Part shown: one piece after another, positions 16,169 through 30,665 of the stretch
Layout: every line of letters begins with the position of its first letter
Numbering within the stretch: the first letter of the stretch is position 1
Origin: Eledone cirrhosa
Taxonomy: Eukaryota
DNA length: 64,000 bases
Direction: 5' to 3'
Assembly: GCA_964016885.1 (NCBI GenBank)
Contig: OZ024741.1
Span: 326,926,001-326,990,000, forward strand
Made by a program: the position numbers and the translations under genes
The notes under the pieces: generated by a model
What the model was told of the DNA's origin: nothing
Database searches by the model: none
The model's input: only the letters and a program-made list of their open reading frames with translations

Positions 16169-16261
16169 CCCCGACGGCAGAGTTCAAGCCGTTTCGACGG
16201 CTATTTCTGGACTAAATTAGAATTTTAGCCTGGTGTATAAATAGCCGAACTTGTCAAGGGG
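16169..16261 (-). ncRNA. Hammerhead with U3:A8 core variant and extended stem III
   Basis: CCCC-TTGACAA-gtt-CGGCTATTT...AAATAGCCG-tc-GAAA-CGGC ttgaactct GCCG-TC-GGGG. Confidence 0.75.
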
Positions 16262-16961
16262 GTACTTCCTTATATGGGAAGATTGTAGTTGTCAAGAGGA
16301 TTGGTTAAAATTTGTTGCAAACACAAATAAGTCTATCATGGCATTTGGTGGGAGGTAGGGGTGGCTGAACTTGCCTGTAGAACAATAGGGGAGTAAGTGG
16401 AGCGGTCAAGCGTTGAAAGTGATATGTATACAGCAGATTCTAATGATAGGGAATGAAGTGGAGGAGGGAGGTTATAGAATAGGTAAATCGAATGAGAGTA
16501 GGAGACAATAAAAGATAATAGAAATAAATAAAAAAAAAATAAAATTAGATAGTGAGAAATGAAAAAAAAATCACAATGCTATCTTACAATTGTAGGTTAA
16601 TAAGTTGAGAATAGAAAAAAACTTGTAGAAATTGAGTAGTAACAAAACTGATACAAAATTAAAGGGGTTTAACACATCTGCTATAAGTAGTTAGTAAAAC
16701 GTATTCGGCCAATTCTATCTTAAAATTACAGGGGTGGGGGAACTGATGCTACAGAGGCCCGATGGACAGCATAGGGGTAGGCGAAAGGGGAAAAGCAGAC
16801 GATGAAGAAAATAGGGGTGGAAGGAAGTGATAGGATGAGACAGGGGGAAGAAGAAGACAAAGAGGAAAATAAAAGAGATACATCTACCATCGGGCCTCTG
16901 AACGCAGGTATTTTCTCTCAGAAAAATGCATAGGGCAATATTGACCTACAGAGATATATAA

Positions 16962-17018
<57 letters not shown>

Positions 17019-17060
17019 ATTGATTAATATATATATATATATATATTAATTAATCAATCA

Positions 17061-17110
<50 letters not shown>

Positions 17111-18461
17111 ATATCTATCTATCTATCTATCCATCTATCTATCTATCTATATATAGATAGATAGATAGAGCGAGAATGTGTAGTGGGGACCCTGAAAATT
17201 TATAGACTGACTAAGATACTTTCATGATGTGACCAAATGAGGTTTAATTTTCTACCTAGTCCCTGGAAAGAAACAATGCAGTTAATAATAATAAGAGTTG
17301 TTATTAATGCATGCAAGATTTCAGAGCTGTAGGATCACTCCTTCATAGTCAGCCTATGAATTTTTCAGCCCACACACATGTATGTGTGTGTGAGAGAGAG
17401 AGAGAGGGGGTGTCTGTAATAATCACTTTAATGTATTTATTAGCGAAAGGATAATGGCTATGTTGAATTCGGCTGGATTTGAATTCAGATAGCACACGCT
17501 CCAATAACCAATTTATTCCCAATACGCTAAAGCCCGTAAAAATACATCAAAGTACTTGGTTCGTTTCTCTATCGCTTCTCCCTATTCACTGACGGATCAA
17601 TATATCCATCCATTCATCCTTCCATGGACTCTTAATTTCTGATGAAGTCGTAGGCCACCGACGTGAGATGCAGAGTTTCATGTCTATTTAAACCTGTCAG
17701 AGTCCATCCTTCTCTATGTCTGAAAACAGCACTTTCTTCCCCCAAAAGGAGCCAAATATGAAGAGAAAGTAAATAAGAAAATATATTGATCATAAATCCC
17801 CCCATGTTTATATTATTCCTTTATTTATCGACTAAAGTTGACTTTAGCATCGTTTGAAATATGAGCGCATATAACCGAAACGAATACGGTAACGCATTCT
17901 ATCCGAATTTCTAACGACTTTGCCAATTCGCCAGCAGATCAATATATCGTACATAAATTACCCAGCCAGACAAATCAAATACGCCCTCGTTATTTCTCAG
18001 TTAAATGTTATTTATCATCCCTTGTACCCGACTATTAATTGCATTTTGAACCGCATGTTGTCACGAACACCACATCGCCCTGTTCCCTAAATTATCTAAA
18101 ATTATAGAACACGCTGTGTCCAATGTAAAGAAATTAGAGTTGGTTTCTTTTTGGAACGTAAGATATCACAGTCTAGTAGGTGTTGAGATTACATTACAAC
18201 TATATAGTTTCAGAATTTATTACTATTTTATCATCCCTATTGTTGATTGAATCTAATGACTAAATTGTTCGCAGTTGAGAGTTTCATCTTTTACAGTAAA
18301 TACTAATTGCATTTTAATTGCTGCTAATTATTTGAGAAATCAACCCTGTTGATTTTTCATTTGTTGTTAAAATCACCTCTGAAACCGTAGGCAGCGTATA
18401 AATCTGTTCATTGTTGACAATATGAATGATGTTATACGTATATATGTACACACACACACAC

Positions 18462-18547
<86 letters not shown>

Positions 18548-18706
18548 TTGTATAAAAATAAAATTAGAATTTTATTTCTCGCCCTAGCACAGCTAATACA
18601 TAAATGTAAGCATGCACACGTACACATGCACACACACACACACACACACACGCACACACATACACACACACCTACAAACACACACACACATACACCTACA
18701 CACACA

Positions 18707-18753
<47 letters not shown>

Positions 18754-19099
18754 ATATATATATTATCCCGGGTTCAATCGGGGGTAACCGCAGCAAGTTG
18801 GTACTCAATACATAGAGTATAAATATTTAATATTATATGATTTGTCCCGAATGAAACAGTTCTAATCCTGTAGAAGCCATTTCTATATTATATATATATA
18901 TATAAAATATGGTTGCACATGGATTACATGTTATAAAATGAGTCCCTCATCAGTGATTTGCCAACGATCATTGGTATTTCATCGCATTAAAAATCATATA
19001 CCTCACGTTGGTGCGACAATAACTAAATTAAGTTATTGGGACAATTGAAACGCGTAAAACGAGTGAGACAAGTAAACAACACAGGAGAAAGCTAACCGA

Positions 19100-20570
19100 A
19101 GATGGTCAGAAACACAAGCAACATGGTTATTCTGTCAGCATAAGCTGGGTGAATACATGAGCGAGTAAGAAACAGACCTTTCGCTAGTGAATCAGATGTG
19201 AGAAAGACGGAAAATCGGGTTCGTAGCGGACGGGAGGAAGTAAGAAGGGGAGAAACAGAGAGAGAGTGAGTGGAAGTGCGAGGAAGAGGTCAGTAGAGAG
19301 AAAGTGTTAACTGACATAACAGAGGGGACGAAAGAAAGTAAGAGAAACAGAGAGAACGAGAGAGCAGTAAGAGAGAAAGAGAGAAACACCCAAAGCAAGT
19401 GCTTCCTTAAAATACCACACCTGGGTGAGAATACCACCAACGCTATCCGCAAGGCTATACGGAGAGAGGGCCTCGATATCCACCTGGCCCACTCGGGCCC
19501 CTCCCTGCGAAGATGCCTCTCCAGGAAACCCGGGAAATCACTGACGCGTGCTCCCTCAGAGACTGCCCGATGCGCCATACGAACTGTTGCCTACGCACAT
19601 ACGTCATGTATAAGATAGAATGTAACAAGTGCAACCAATACTATATAGGTAGCACAATCCAGCCGCTACACATCCGGATCAAGGAGCACACTAACACCAG
19701 GGCCTCGTCTTTCCGGAAACACAGCCAAATGCGGAAACAAAGACGGAAGGCCCTTTGTCACAATTCTAGCGAAAGAAAGAAACGTCGGCACATTACGAAT
19801 AAAGGAAGCACTTTGGATCAAACGCCTAGGGCCACAAATAAACAATCGATCCGAGAGAAGCGAAATGAGGTGGTTGGTTTAAGTAAAGAAACGATGCAGC
19901 AACACAGGCACACACACACACACACAAGCGAAACAGCAACACACACACACACAGTAGCATTCTACCATACGAACATACTACACTGCCAATACAGACGAAC
20001 GAGGCAACAACACACGCACACACACACACACTCAAGCGAGACAACAACACACGCAGACGCACAGACACATACAGTAACATTCACCAAAGAGGCAGAGAAT
20101 ACTATGGACTGACAGCTAACGCCACCCCAATCACACAATTGAAAGAACTATTTCAGCCACCGACCTCTACTTGACCGACCCCATTTCACGCACACGCGCG
20201 CTCTGCCGAATACCTCGGATATTCAAAACAACGAAAAGCGGAGGACACGTTTTGCACCTTTCCGACAGACCGAAAAAAACCCAATTGATGGATGTGAGTC
20301 CGAAATATATAGGGACAATTAAATCTCTACCAAGGTAAATCTATCTCGTGTTATTATTTTTATCCTTTACGCTTTTTCCTACATTCTTCTACACGCTACA
20401 CTCTTCTACACGCCACGCATCTCAACGTACACTCACTTCCATCTCTCTCTCCACCACCGGATTTTGTTAGCCGGAGATTTACCCATCTGCATTGTCGGGG
20501 CTTCCAAAACGACTTAAAGAAATATACCTTATTATTCCACAATGCTTCAAGCACACTTCAATACTCTCAT
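19100..20570 (+). mobile_element. PLE 3' fragment (GIY-YIG + 3' UTR with degenerate hammerhead at ~20280-20314)
   Basis: LKIPHLG, CSLRDCP...CCLRTYVMYKIECNKCNQYYIGSTIQPLHIRIKEH; ggat gtga gtcc-GAAA-TATA-TA-GGG. Confidence 0.8.
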
Positions 20571-20654
20571 ATGTATATATATATATATATATATATGTTA
20601 GAAAGTGAGGTTTTTTTTACAAAATGAAAAATAACCGAGGTGTCCTACACGAGT

Positions 20655-22829
20655 GAAAGTATAAAGAAAAAGAGGTGAAATCGAAAATGCAACTGGAGTC
20701 TTATTTTTTTTTAAAGATATATATTTATTTGGTTCCTTTACCGGTTTCGCAGTTCTTCTGCTTTTCAAAAGGTGAGTTGAGATGGAGAGTCTGTGGTTTT
20801 TCTCACATATGGTTGGTCTCTGAATGTTACTTGTTTTATATGGAAAAGTGGCTCGAAATGCCAGGTTTTTCAAGAAGTAATTTGATTGGTTTGTCAATAA
20901 TTATAATAAATTTCGCGCATGTTCGCGTTACAATCGTTCTTCAAATAAGAGGGGAGGGTTGTCACAGGTTGTTTTTCCATATATGAGTGTTTGAATTTCT
21001 TTTTACTTGAAAAAAGGAGGCTCACGAAGGCTTTTTTTTGGTTGGTTATAAATGAAATTATGGCTGTCACGTGAACAAGTTTTCATTAAATTTCTGTGCC
21101 CTTATTTGGAAATCCATTCTGTAGCCTTTTTAGAGAATTTTTGATAAGTGAAAGATAATGGTCAAGAGAAAGGGATGGGAGAATTGTTCTGGTTCAGTGA
21201 ATATGGTTTGTTCGCTGGGGTGTCAGAATTCAGATTTTCTATTGAATAAAGAAAGTAAAGATATGTATGTTTATTTGTGTGCTTGTGTGTGCGTGTGTGT
21301 GAGTGTTGTGTGTATGTGTGTTTGAATTTCTTTACTTTAAAAAAAGGTGGCTCACGAAGGCTTTTTTTTAATAAACGTGATTTGATTGGTTATAAATGAA
21401 ATTTGGCTGTCACGTGAACAAGTTTTCATTACATTTTTGCGCCCTTATTTGGAAAACTATTCTGTAGCCTTTATAGCGAATGTTATGACAATGGAAAGAT
21501 AGTGGTCAAGAGAAATGGGATTGGGAGAATTGTTCTGGTTCAGTGAATATGGTTAGTTCGCTGGGGTGTCAGAGTTCAGATTTTCTATTGAAGTGAAGAT
21601 ATGTATGTTTATTTGTGTGCTTGTGTGTGTGTATGTGTGTCTGTGTGTGTATGTGTGTATTGGAAGATGATTCTATTAGTAGAAATGGGAGAGGGAGTTG
21701 TGTGTGTGTGTATATGGGTGTTATGTGTGTGTGTGCGAGTATGTGAAGATGGAGAGAATATATATTTTGTGTGTGTGTATATATATGTGTGTAGGAAAGT
21801 GGTTCTATTAGTAGAAATGGGGAGGGAGTTGTGGGTGTGGGGGTTGTTATGTGTGTGTATGGGTGTTATGTGTGTGGGAGTATGGTTAGCATGTTAAGAT
21901 GAAGAGAATATATATATTTATATTGTGTGTGTGTGTATGTGTGTGTGTAGGAAAGTGATTCCTTTAGTATGAATATTTTTGAATGAACATATTTTCCTTA
22001 CTTATTCGGATTTGCTGTTGTATTGTCAGTGCAAACGTATGTTAAGGTTTATTTAGTTCGGGTTTTTATTTTCTAAATTAGAAGGTGTTATGTGTGTGTG
22101 TGTATGTCATATTATGGTGTTGATATAATGTATATTAAACCATATTTAATGTTGGTCTATATTTTTTAATAAACATATTTTCCTTATTTATTCGCATTTG
22201 TTCTGTTGTATTGTTAGCGCAAAGGTAAAATGGGAAGACTTGGAATTTGGGTGTCTTATTACTTGCGCAAATGTCTAGACGTGCACTTAGTGGTATCTGT
22301 CTCGTGGTTGGATCTCGTAATTGTTGCTCATCAAAAAATCTAGTTTATGCCATTAAATGTAAAGGATGCAATGAAGATTATATAGGACAAACTAAACTCT
22401 CACTCAGAAACAGAATGACAGTTCATCGCCAACAATTACGAGATCCAACCACGAGACAGATACCACTAAGTGCATATCTAGACATTTGCGCAAGTAATAA
22501 GACACCCAAATTTCAAGTCTTCCCATTTTACCTTTGCGCTAACAATACAACAGAACAAATGCGAATAAATAAGGAAAATATGTTTATTCAAAAATATAGA
22601 CCAACATTAAATATGGTTTAATATACATTATGTCAACACCATAATATGACATACACACACACACATAACACCTTCTACTTTAGAAAATAAAAACCCGAAC
22701 TAAATAAACCTTAACATACGTTTGCACTGACAATACAACAGCAAATACGAATAAGTAAGGAAAATATGTTCATTCAAAAATATTCATACTAAAGGAATCA
22801 CTTTCCTACACACACACATACACACACAC

Positions 22830-22872
<43 letters not shown>

Positions 22873-24135
22873 TCTTCATCTTAACATGCTAACCATACTC
22901 CCACACACATAACACCCATACACACACATAACAACCCCCAAACCCACAACTCCCTCCCCATTTCTACTAATAGAACCACTTTCCTACACACATATATATA
23001 CACACACACAAAATATATATTCTCTCCATCTTAACATACTCGCACACACACACATAACACCCATATACACACACACACAACTCCCTGTTTCTACTAATAG
23101 AATCATCTTCCAATACACACATACACACACACACACACACACATACACACACACAAGCACACACATAAACATACATATCTTCACTTCAATAGAAAATCTG
23201 AACTCTGACACCCCAGCGAACTAACCATATTCACTGAACCAGAACAATTCTCCCAATCCCATTTCTCTTGACCACTATCTTTCCATTGTCATAACATTCG
23301 CTATAAAGGCTACAGAATAGTTTTCCAAATAAGGGCGCAAAAATGTAATGAAAACTTGTTCACGTGACAGCCAAATTTCATTTATAACCAATCAAATCAC
23401 GTTTATTTAAAAAAAGCCTTCGTGAGCCACCTTTTTTTAAAGTAAAGAAATTCAAACACACACACAAACACACAACACACACCCACACACACGCACACAC
23501 AGACAAGCACACAAATAAACATACATATCTTTACTTTCTTTATTCAATAGAAAATTTGAATTCTGACACCCAGCGAACTAACCATATTCACTGAACCAGA
23601 ACAATTCTCCCATCCCCTTCTCTTGACCATTATCTTTCACTTATCAAAAAATCCTCTAAAAAGGCTACAGAATGAATTTCCAAATAAGGGCACAGAAATT
23701 TAATGAAAACTTGTTCACGTGACAGCCATAATTTCATTTATAACCAACCAAGAAAAGCCTTCGTGAGCCTCCTTTTTTCAAGTAAAAAGAAATTCAAACA
23801 CTCATATATGAAAAAAAACAACCTGTGACAACACCCCCCCTCTTATTTGAAGAACTATTGTAACGCGAACTGGCGCGAAATTTATTATAATTATTGACTA
23901 ACCAATCAAATTACTTCTCGAAAAACCTGGCATTTCGAGCCACTTTTTCCATATAAAACAAGTAACATTCAGAGACCAACCAGATGTGAGAAATACTACA
24001 GACCTTCCATCTCAACTCACCTTTTGAAAAGCAGAAGAACTGCGAAACCGGTAAAGGAACCAAATAAATATATATATTTAAAAAAAAATAAGACTCCAGT
24101 TGCATTTTCGATTTCATCTCTTTTTCTTTATATAC
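20655..24135. mobile_element. ~3.5-kb palindromic PLE remnant (inverted 3' copy plus sense GIY-YIG/3' UTR)
   Basis: Arms ~20660-22327 and ~22430-24132; centre encodes NLVYAIKCKGCNEDYIGQTKLSLRNRMTVHRQQ...KENMFIQKYRPTLN. Confidence 0.9.
24020..24057 (+). ncRNA. Minimal hammerhead, U3:A8 variant (mirror copy 20735-20772 on -)
   Basis: CCTT-TTGAAAA-GCAG aagaa CTGC-GAAA-CCGG-TA-AAGG, identical in both arms. Confidence 0.8.
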
Positions 24136-24291
24136 CAACACCCCACTCTCCAGAGCGTGAAATTAATAAACATTTGTTGTACTGCCTCTCTGTTTTGTCC
24201 CTGTTAAAATTTTTCCATTATATATATATATATATATACACACACATACACACACCGTGACACACACATTCACACACACACAGACACACAT

Positions 24292-24324
<33 letters not shown>

Positions 24325-24359
24325 CATGTTATAAATACAATGTACATACATACAACCCT

Positions 24360-25330
24360 AACCACTCTTACAGACACTAACGTGTCTTTCCGTATCCGTG
24401 ACTCTTTCACCTGTATATCCACCCGCGTTGACTATGCCCTCCGGTATTCTCTTTGCGGGTCTTTATATATCGGGCAAACGGGATGCCGTATGGCAGACCT
24501 TTTTGCTGAGAATTTGTGGGACATACGACTCTGTTTGGATACACCTCTTCCCCGTCATTTCTGTTCTCCTGGTCATTCTTTCCAACATGTTTCAGTCCAG
24601 GGTGACATTTTACATCATGGATCACAGGCCTCGCGCACCAAGACTGAACAAAGTCTGATTCACCGCCTTGGGTCCTATTCCCCTCTTGGACTCAAATCAC
24701 TACCCCAATTTCTTTAATACCCCGTCCATCATCACACGCGCTTGTACATTCACCCCTAGATTTATATCGCTCTCTCTTGATCATTAACATCTTCTCTTAC
24801 AACTAATACAGACCCACTAAATATGCTCACTCCACGTTTCCCTTCACTGTTCTGTATACACACATACACACCCTTATATTAACATACTTTTGCTCATAGC
24901 TCCGTACTCACATGCACACACATTCTTTTACTTACATATACACACACATTTCCTCTTCGGACGAACGTATAATAACACAGACACACATGCATACGCATGT
25001 GCACAAGTATAGCTATTTTTAGAAAACGTTTTTTGTCCATTTCATGTTGAGGTGCTCCATCATCCTCATTTCTAAAAAATATATCATACACAAAACGTCA
25101 GCTCCAACAGTTTTGCAAGAGATGTCAACATGAATGCACCTGTTATTTATATCTAAAGACATTTTCTCCAATTCCAACCCGCCCGTCCCCTCAATCTATC
25201 TTATTTCTCATTCTTTCTTCTGATGAAGGACTAGCGTCCGAAACGTTAAGACCGCTTTCCTGCTATATCAAGCGTTAACCTAATATATACTGTACCGATT
25301 GTGTTGTTATTTCTGTTTAACTTTTACAGA
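24360..25330 (+). mobile_element. PLE 3' fragment (GIY-YIG + 3' UTR)
   Basis: FRIRDSFTCISTRVDYALRYSLCGSLYIGQTG...EQSLIHRLGSYSPLGL; terminal segment recurs at ~51436 and ~55335. Confidence 0.85.
25216..25251 (+). ncRNA. Ultra-minimal hammerhead with almost no stem III
   Basis: TCTT-CTGATGA-A-GGAC tagc GTCC-GAAA-CG-TT-AAGA. Confidence 0.8.
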
Positions 25331-26202
25331 CATATACATATATATTATACATACATATATGCATACATATACGAATGCATACAAATATATTAATAATTCC
25401 GTTGTTATTTATAGCCACAGGCCAGTCTTGGGATTTCGTGCAATACTCTAGTATTGGACGAAATCCCATGCACTATTTATTTCAGATACTTCCGTTCAAA
25501 TTCTACCGACGTTAACTTTGACATTCATCTATCCTGAGTCGATAATTTCAAGAGTCGCAAGCAGTGAACAAGTGGAGTCGTTAGAGCGATGGATACAATA
25601 CGCTGCAGCAATATTGATTCTAGGCCTTTATGTTCTGAGTTCTCATTCCAGCCTAGACTACTTGTGTGATAGGCTTAATCATTCACTCTTTGAACAATAT
25701 CACAATCATTTGCTTTTATTTGCAGAGACACCCCCTCCCCATTTACAACAATGGAGGCTGGTTTCTGATTTAAAAAATCCCTTCCTTCGCCCCACCGTTG
25801 ACGAAGGTCTCAAAGAATGTTTCTTAGGCGCAGCACTCCTCCTGAATTAACAATAGAATTACATTATCCAATGGCTGTTTCTTTGAGACGTGGTATTTGA
25901 TTGAGACATTAACCTTGTGCCAAGAGCAATATCGAATTATTGAATTTCATACCTCAGTCATGAATGTAAAACCAATTGTAGTAAGCTTAGGACCTAGATC
26001 GGAATGGAACATAGACACAAAAATTATCGGCGTGCCACTGTCCTCTGTCATCACTTATCTGGTACAGTTTACACCAGGGGGTGGGGGGGAGGCTTCATCG
26101 CTTTGTAGGTCAGAAGACTGTCGGTTCCTTCCAGAGGCGGAGGGATATGGAGAAAGAGTGAGACGGAGATAGATAGATAGAATGAGAGAGAGAGAAAGAG
26201 AG

Positions 26203-26281
<79 letters not shown>

Positions 26282-26283
26282 GC

Positions 26284-26319
<36 letters not shown>

Positions 26320-27222
26320 GAGAATTGGAGAATGGTAAAGTGAGTTAGATGAAGAATCGATCTCAGTATTGAACCTGTATGTTATTTATCTATCTCGAAT
26401 TGTTGAGATGTAAAATTGAATTCGACGCGATATGGACTAAGAACACAGTAAGCGAAATAAAATAACGAGACATATACCCAACCACTCCAACAACTCTGTT
26501 AATTCTTAAACGAAGATGATTAAAGATTATGAAATATTTTTATTTTATTTTAGTATTATAAAACGTAGAATTGTTTGCAGTAAAAAATACCGATTAGTAA
26601 AAGAAAAACTGCATAACATATTTGGCAATAACGAAACAACAAAAATGGGAAAAGGAAAATAATAAAAAGATTTAGAAAAAAAAAAAAGGAATTAAGCAAC
26701 TAATAGTTCTCTGCAATTATAACCTTCTCACGCTCATCTCTGTAGATTAAGCATTCAGGAGACAGTTTAAATAATGATGATCTTGTTAAAATACGGAGAG
26801 TTAATTAGTTCAGTCTGCACTAGGGTCTTTTAGGCAACTAACTTCTCCATAGTGCCTTGAGTACATAAAAATAGCAGCTAAATCTTCCTCAATTTATATA
26901 TTAGCTTTTGGGTAATATATTCTGAGATACCATTTAAAAAGGCGAAATTGTTAAAAGTAAGACGCCATTATCGATGCCATATCAGTTCAATTAGCACCAG
27001 ATTATGCAACTATATAATCAACATGAGGATTTTGATGGTGATGATGATGATGATGATGGTGACGACGATGATTATAATGAAGATGATGATGATGATGAAG
27101 CCGATGATGATGATGATGATAAAAATCCTCCTCATCTTCTTCATCATATTTATCAACAGCATCATCATCAACATTATTCTAATCATCCACATCAGCATCA
27201 TCGTCATTATTTTCATCATCAA

Positions 27223-27412
27223 CGGTGCTGGATTGGCAGTGTCGGTAGCGGGTCTGACGCCATGCTTTGCAGCAAATAGTTACGGCCTTTTATGGTCTGT
27301 GTTCAAATCCCGTGTAGGTTAACTTTGCCTTTCATCCTTACGGGGTCGATAAAATAAAGTACCAGTAATGTACTGAGTATTGCTGGCCTTGTGCCAAATC
27401 TAGAAACAATTA
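27223..27412 (+). mobile_element. SINE family A
   Basis: Diverged copy of 944-1144, between (GAT)n/(CAT)n repeats. Confidence 0.8.
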
Positions 27413-27445
27413 TTTTCATCATCATCGTCGACGTCATTGTCGTCG

Positions 27446-27503
<58 letters not shown>

Positions 27504-28206
27504 TATCATCATCGTCGTCACCAGTAAGACCAACAACCATAATGGCAGTGAAGTCATTTAACTGTATGCGGTAACACGATCCTCATTATGTTAATAATTC
27601 CTATTAATTTTGAATTACATTCACACTCGAATAAAACCGACTTCAACGACAACAGCCATAATGATATATAAACGGAGTAAATAATTGAATACGTAAATAT
27701 AAGTACAAACAACCACACTCATATATATACACACACACATGTATATATACATATATATATATAAACTAGACAAAATAAATACGTTAAAGAATTAAAAAAC
27801 AAATCAAAAACCAACAAGCATGAAAGATAATAATCGATGCTACAAATGTGATGAAAATCAATGATTATATAATAAACAGTCCTTTTGATGTATAGTAACT
27901 ATCAGAAATCAAACATATTTTGTTGACAGTGATAGGAAATTGATTTAATTTTTCTACCGATTGTCGGAGATTTTGGAGGTTTTTTTTTTAAAGAAGCTAA
28001 TATTCCTAAAGAATTTCCGCATCACAAGCAACAAAAATTACACCATTACAATTTAATGTTGATGGCAGTAATTACGAATTACTAATGATGAATTAGTGTA
28101 ACGAATTTCTATTCCCTTATCTCTTTCTGACTCTCATTCAACCCGTCTATATTCTGTTAAATATTTCTTTCGCTCTGTCTATCTGTTTCTCTCTCCTCTC
28201 GCTCTC

Positions 28207-28280
<74 letters not shown>

Positions 28281-28399
28281 TCGATCCTTGGCTTTTTCTC
28301 TCTTTATCTCTGCCTCTATTTCACAATTTAACAAACGCATACACATATAGATACACACGTAAAAATAAGCACACTGGCGCACACTGACGCACAAGCACA

Positions 28400-28445
<46 letters not shown>

Positions 28446-28517
28446 CACACACACACACGCACACCCCCACACACACACACACACACACACTCACACACAC
28501 ACACACACACACACGCA

Positions 28518-28558
<41 letters not shown>

Positions 28559-28859
28559 ACACACACACAAACACAGAGGCACATATAGATTTACACTGAA
28601 CGTCTCTGCTTTCTCACCCTCTGTATCATACACATAAGTTTCTACCTATAACTTTCTAATCCTGATTTTATTGACTGTACATATATATGAATGCACATAC
28701 ACACACATATACATATTAATACATACATAAATACATACATATACATATAAATACATACATATGTAAATGTATATGTATAGCTATATGTATAGCTATATGT
28801 ATAGCTATATGTATATATATCACCTCTGTCTCCGATTCCTCTGTCCCGTTTCTCGATAT

Positions 28860-29780
28860 CTCTCTATCTATCCATCACTCTCACCACACCCTCTCTACTT
28901 CCATCTTCTATAAACCGACTGACTCCCACTCTTACTTCGAATTCGCCTCCTCCCATCCAACCCACACCAAACACTCCATACCCTATTTCCAATTCCTCCG
29001 TCTTCGTCGGCTCTGTAGCTAGGACCACGATTTCAAAATCCATTCCCTTCACATGGCTTCATTCAGCGTGGATATGCCCCCACCCTGATCCAAGATGCTC
29101 GCACCCGCTCCCGTGAATCCGACCGTATCACAGCCCTCTCACCTACCATCCCATTACCCTACCACTCCGGTGAAATATCCACTGTTCCATCCGCACCCGC
29201 TCTTCTGACTCCGTCTCTTCTCGCTTTTTTTCTAACCCACCTATTACCGCATTTAAGCGCGCCCGTAACTTCTGCGACCTGCTGGTACGCAGTTCCTTCT
29301 CGTCCTCTGCTACGACTCCACTCGGCTCTCATCCTAGTTCTCATCCCCACTGTAACACTTTCATTCCCACCCTCACCATTCTCACAGGCCCCATTCCGTA
29401 TCCGCCACTCCTGCACCTGCACCTCCAGCCACGTTGTGCATGTCCTCAGGTGTTCCCTTTTCGGGTCCTTAAACATCGGACATATGACTCAGGTCGGATA
29501 CACCCGTCGCTTGTCATTTCTGTTCCCCTGGTCACTCTTCCCTACATATCTCAGTCCTAGGTGACCTTTTACATCACGGATCAGAGGGCTCACGCACCAG
29601 GACTAAATAGAATCTGCTTTACCGCCATGGGTCCTCTTTCCCTCATGGACTCAACTCACCTCCCCAATGTCTTTAATACCATAATACCACTCCGTTATCA
29701 CTCACGTGTCTGCACATTCACCCCTAGATTCCTGTGGTTCTCTTATAGTCAGAAACATATACTCTTCCAGCTAATACAGA
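28860..29780 (+). mobile_element. Decayed PLE (RT end + GIY-YIG), related to the 24360 family
   Basis: RHSCTCTSSHVVHVLRCSL; nucleotide similarity to 24390-24810 (catttctgttc.cctggtca, cattcacccctagatt). Confidence 0.7.
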
Positions 29781-30363
29781 CCAATATATATATATACGTA
29801 TATATATATCCAAAATTAAATTAAGGGTGTTATGTCCGAGATACATGCTCCATATCCACTGTAGAATATGCTCAAAGATTCCAATGAATAGATCCGAGCA
29901 TTTTATATCAACTCGAAAGTGATTGACATATATATATCTAAAATAAATATATGAAACAATCACAGGGAATGATTCCCTGTGATTGTTTCATATGTTTATT
30001 TTAGATATAATATATATATATGTCAATCAATTTCTTGTTGATATATGTATATATACAGTGGCGTACTGGCCATGTTGCCAGTGGGCCCACGGTAGCATTG
30101 CAAAGGCACACAGTAGCATTGCAAGGCCCACTGTAGTAATTTAGGGGCCAATGCTTTGCTTTCAAAAAATACCTGAAATCTAATAGAAAGAATAAAAAAA
30201 ATTATAAATAAAACAATTAAGCAAAGCATTTGGTCAACCAATTCCCCAGGGTATTACTAGAAACCAAACTATATGATAGGGCACATAGCTGTATTCAGTG
30301 TTTGTACATTCTACTAAATCTAAAGCTTAGTGCAAGCATACATTCATAGACACAGAGACACAA

Positions 30364-30438
<75 letters not shown>

Positions 30439-30564
30439 TATATATATGTTCTTCATTCTTGCTCTGTTAATATGCAGATCTGACTGATCTGACTGATCTG
30501 ACTGAAAAACTCAGATTACGTTTATTGTATTCAGCCATGAAGATCGAAAATTTATACACACACG

Positions 30565-30665
<101 letters not shown>

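Noticed and set aside
17636-17675. CTGATGA followed by a GTCG/CGAC hairpin
   Set aside because: Followed by GTGAGA rather than GAAA; stem I does not close.
18765-18800. Possible Helitron 3' end (cccgggttcaatcgggggtaaccgcagcaagt)
   Set aside because: Weak hairpin, CAAG instead of CTAG, no other support.
27004-27279. Asp/His-rich ORF
   Set aside because: Decayed (GAT)n/(CAT)n repeats running into a SINE.
30056-30150. hAT-like terminus CAGTGGCGTAC with a short tandem repeat
   Set aside because: No matching opposite TIR or TSD found.
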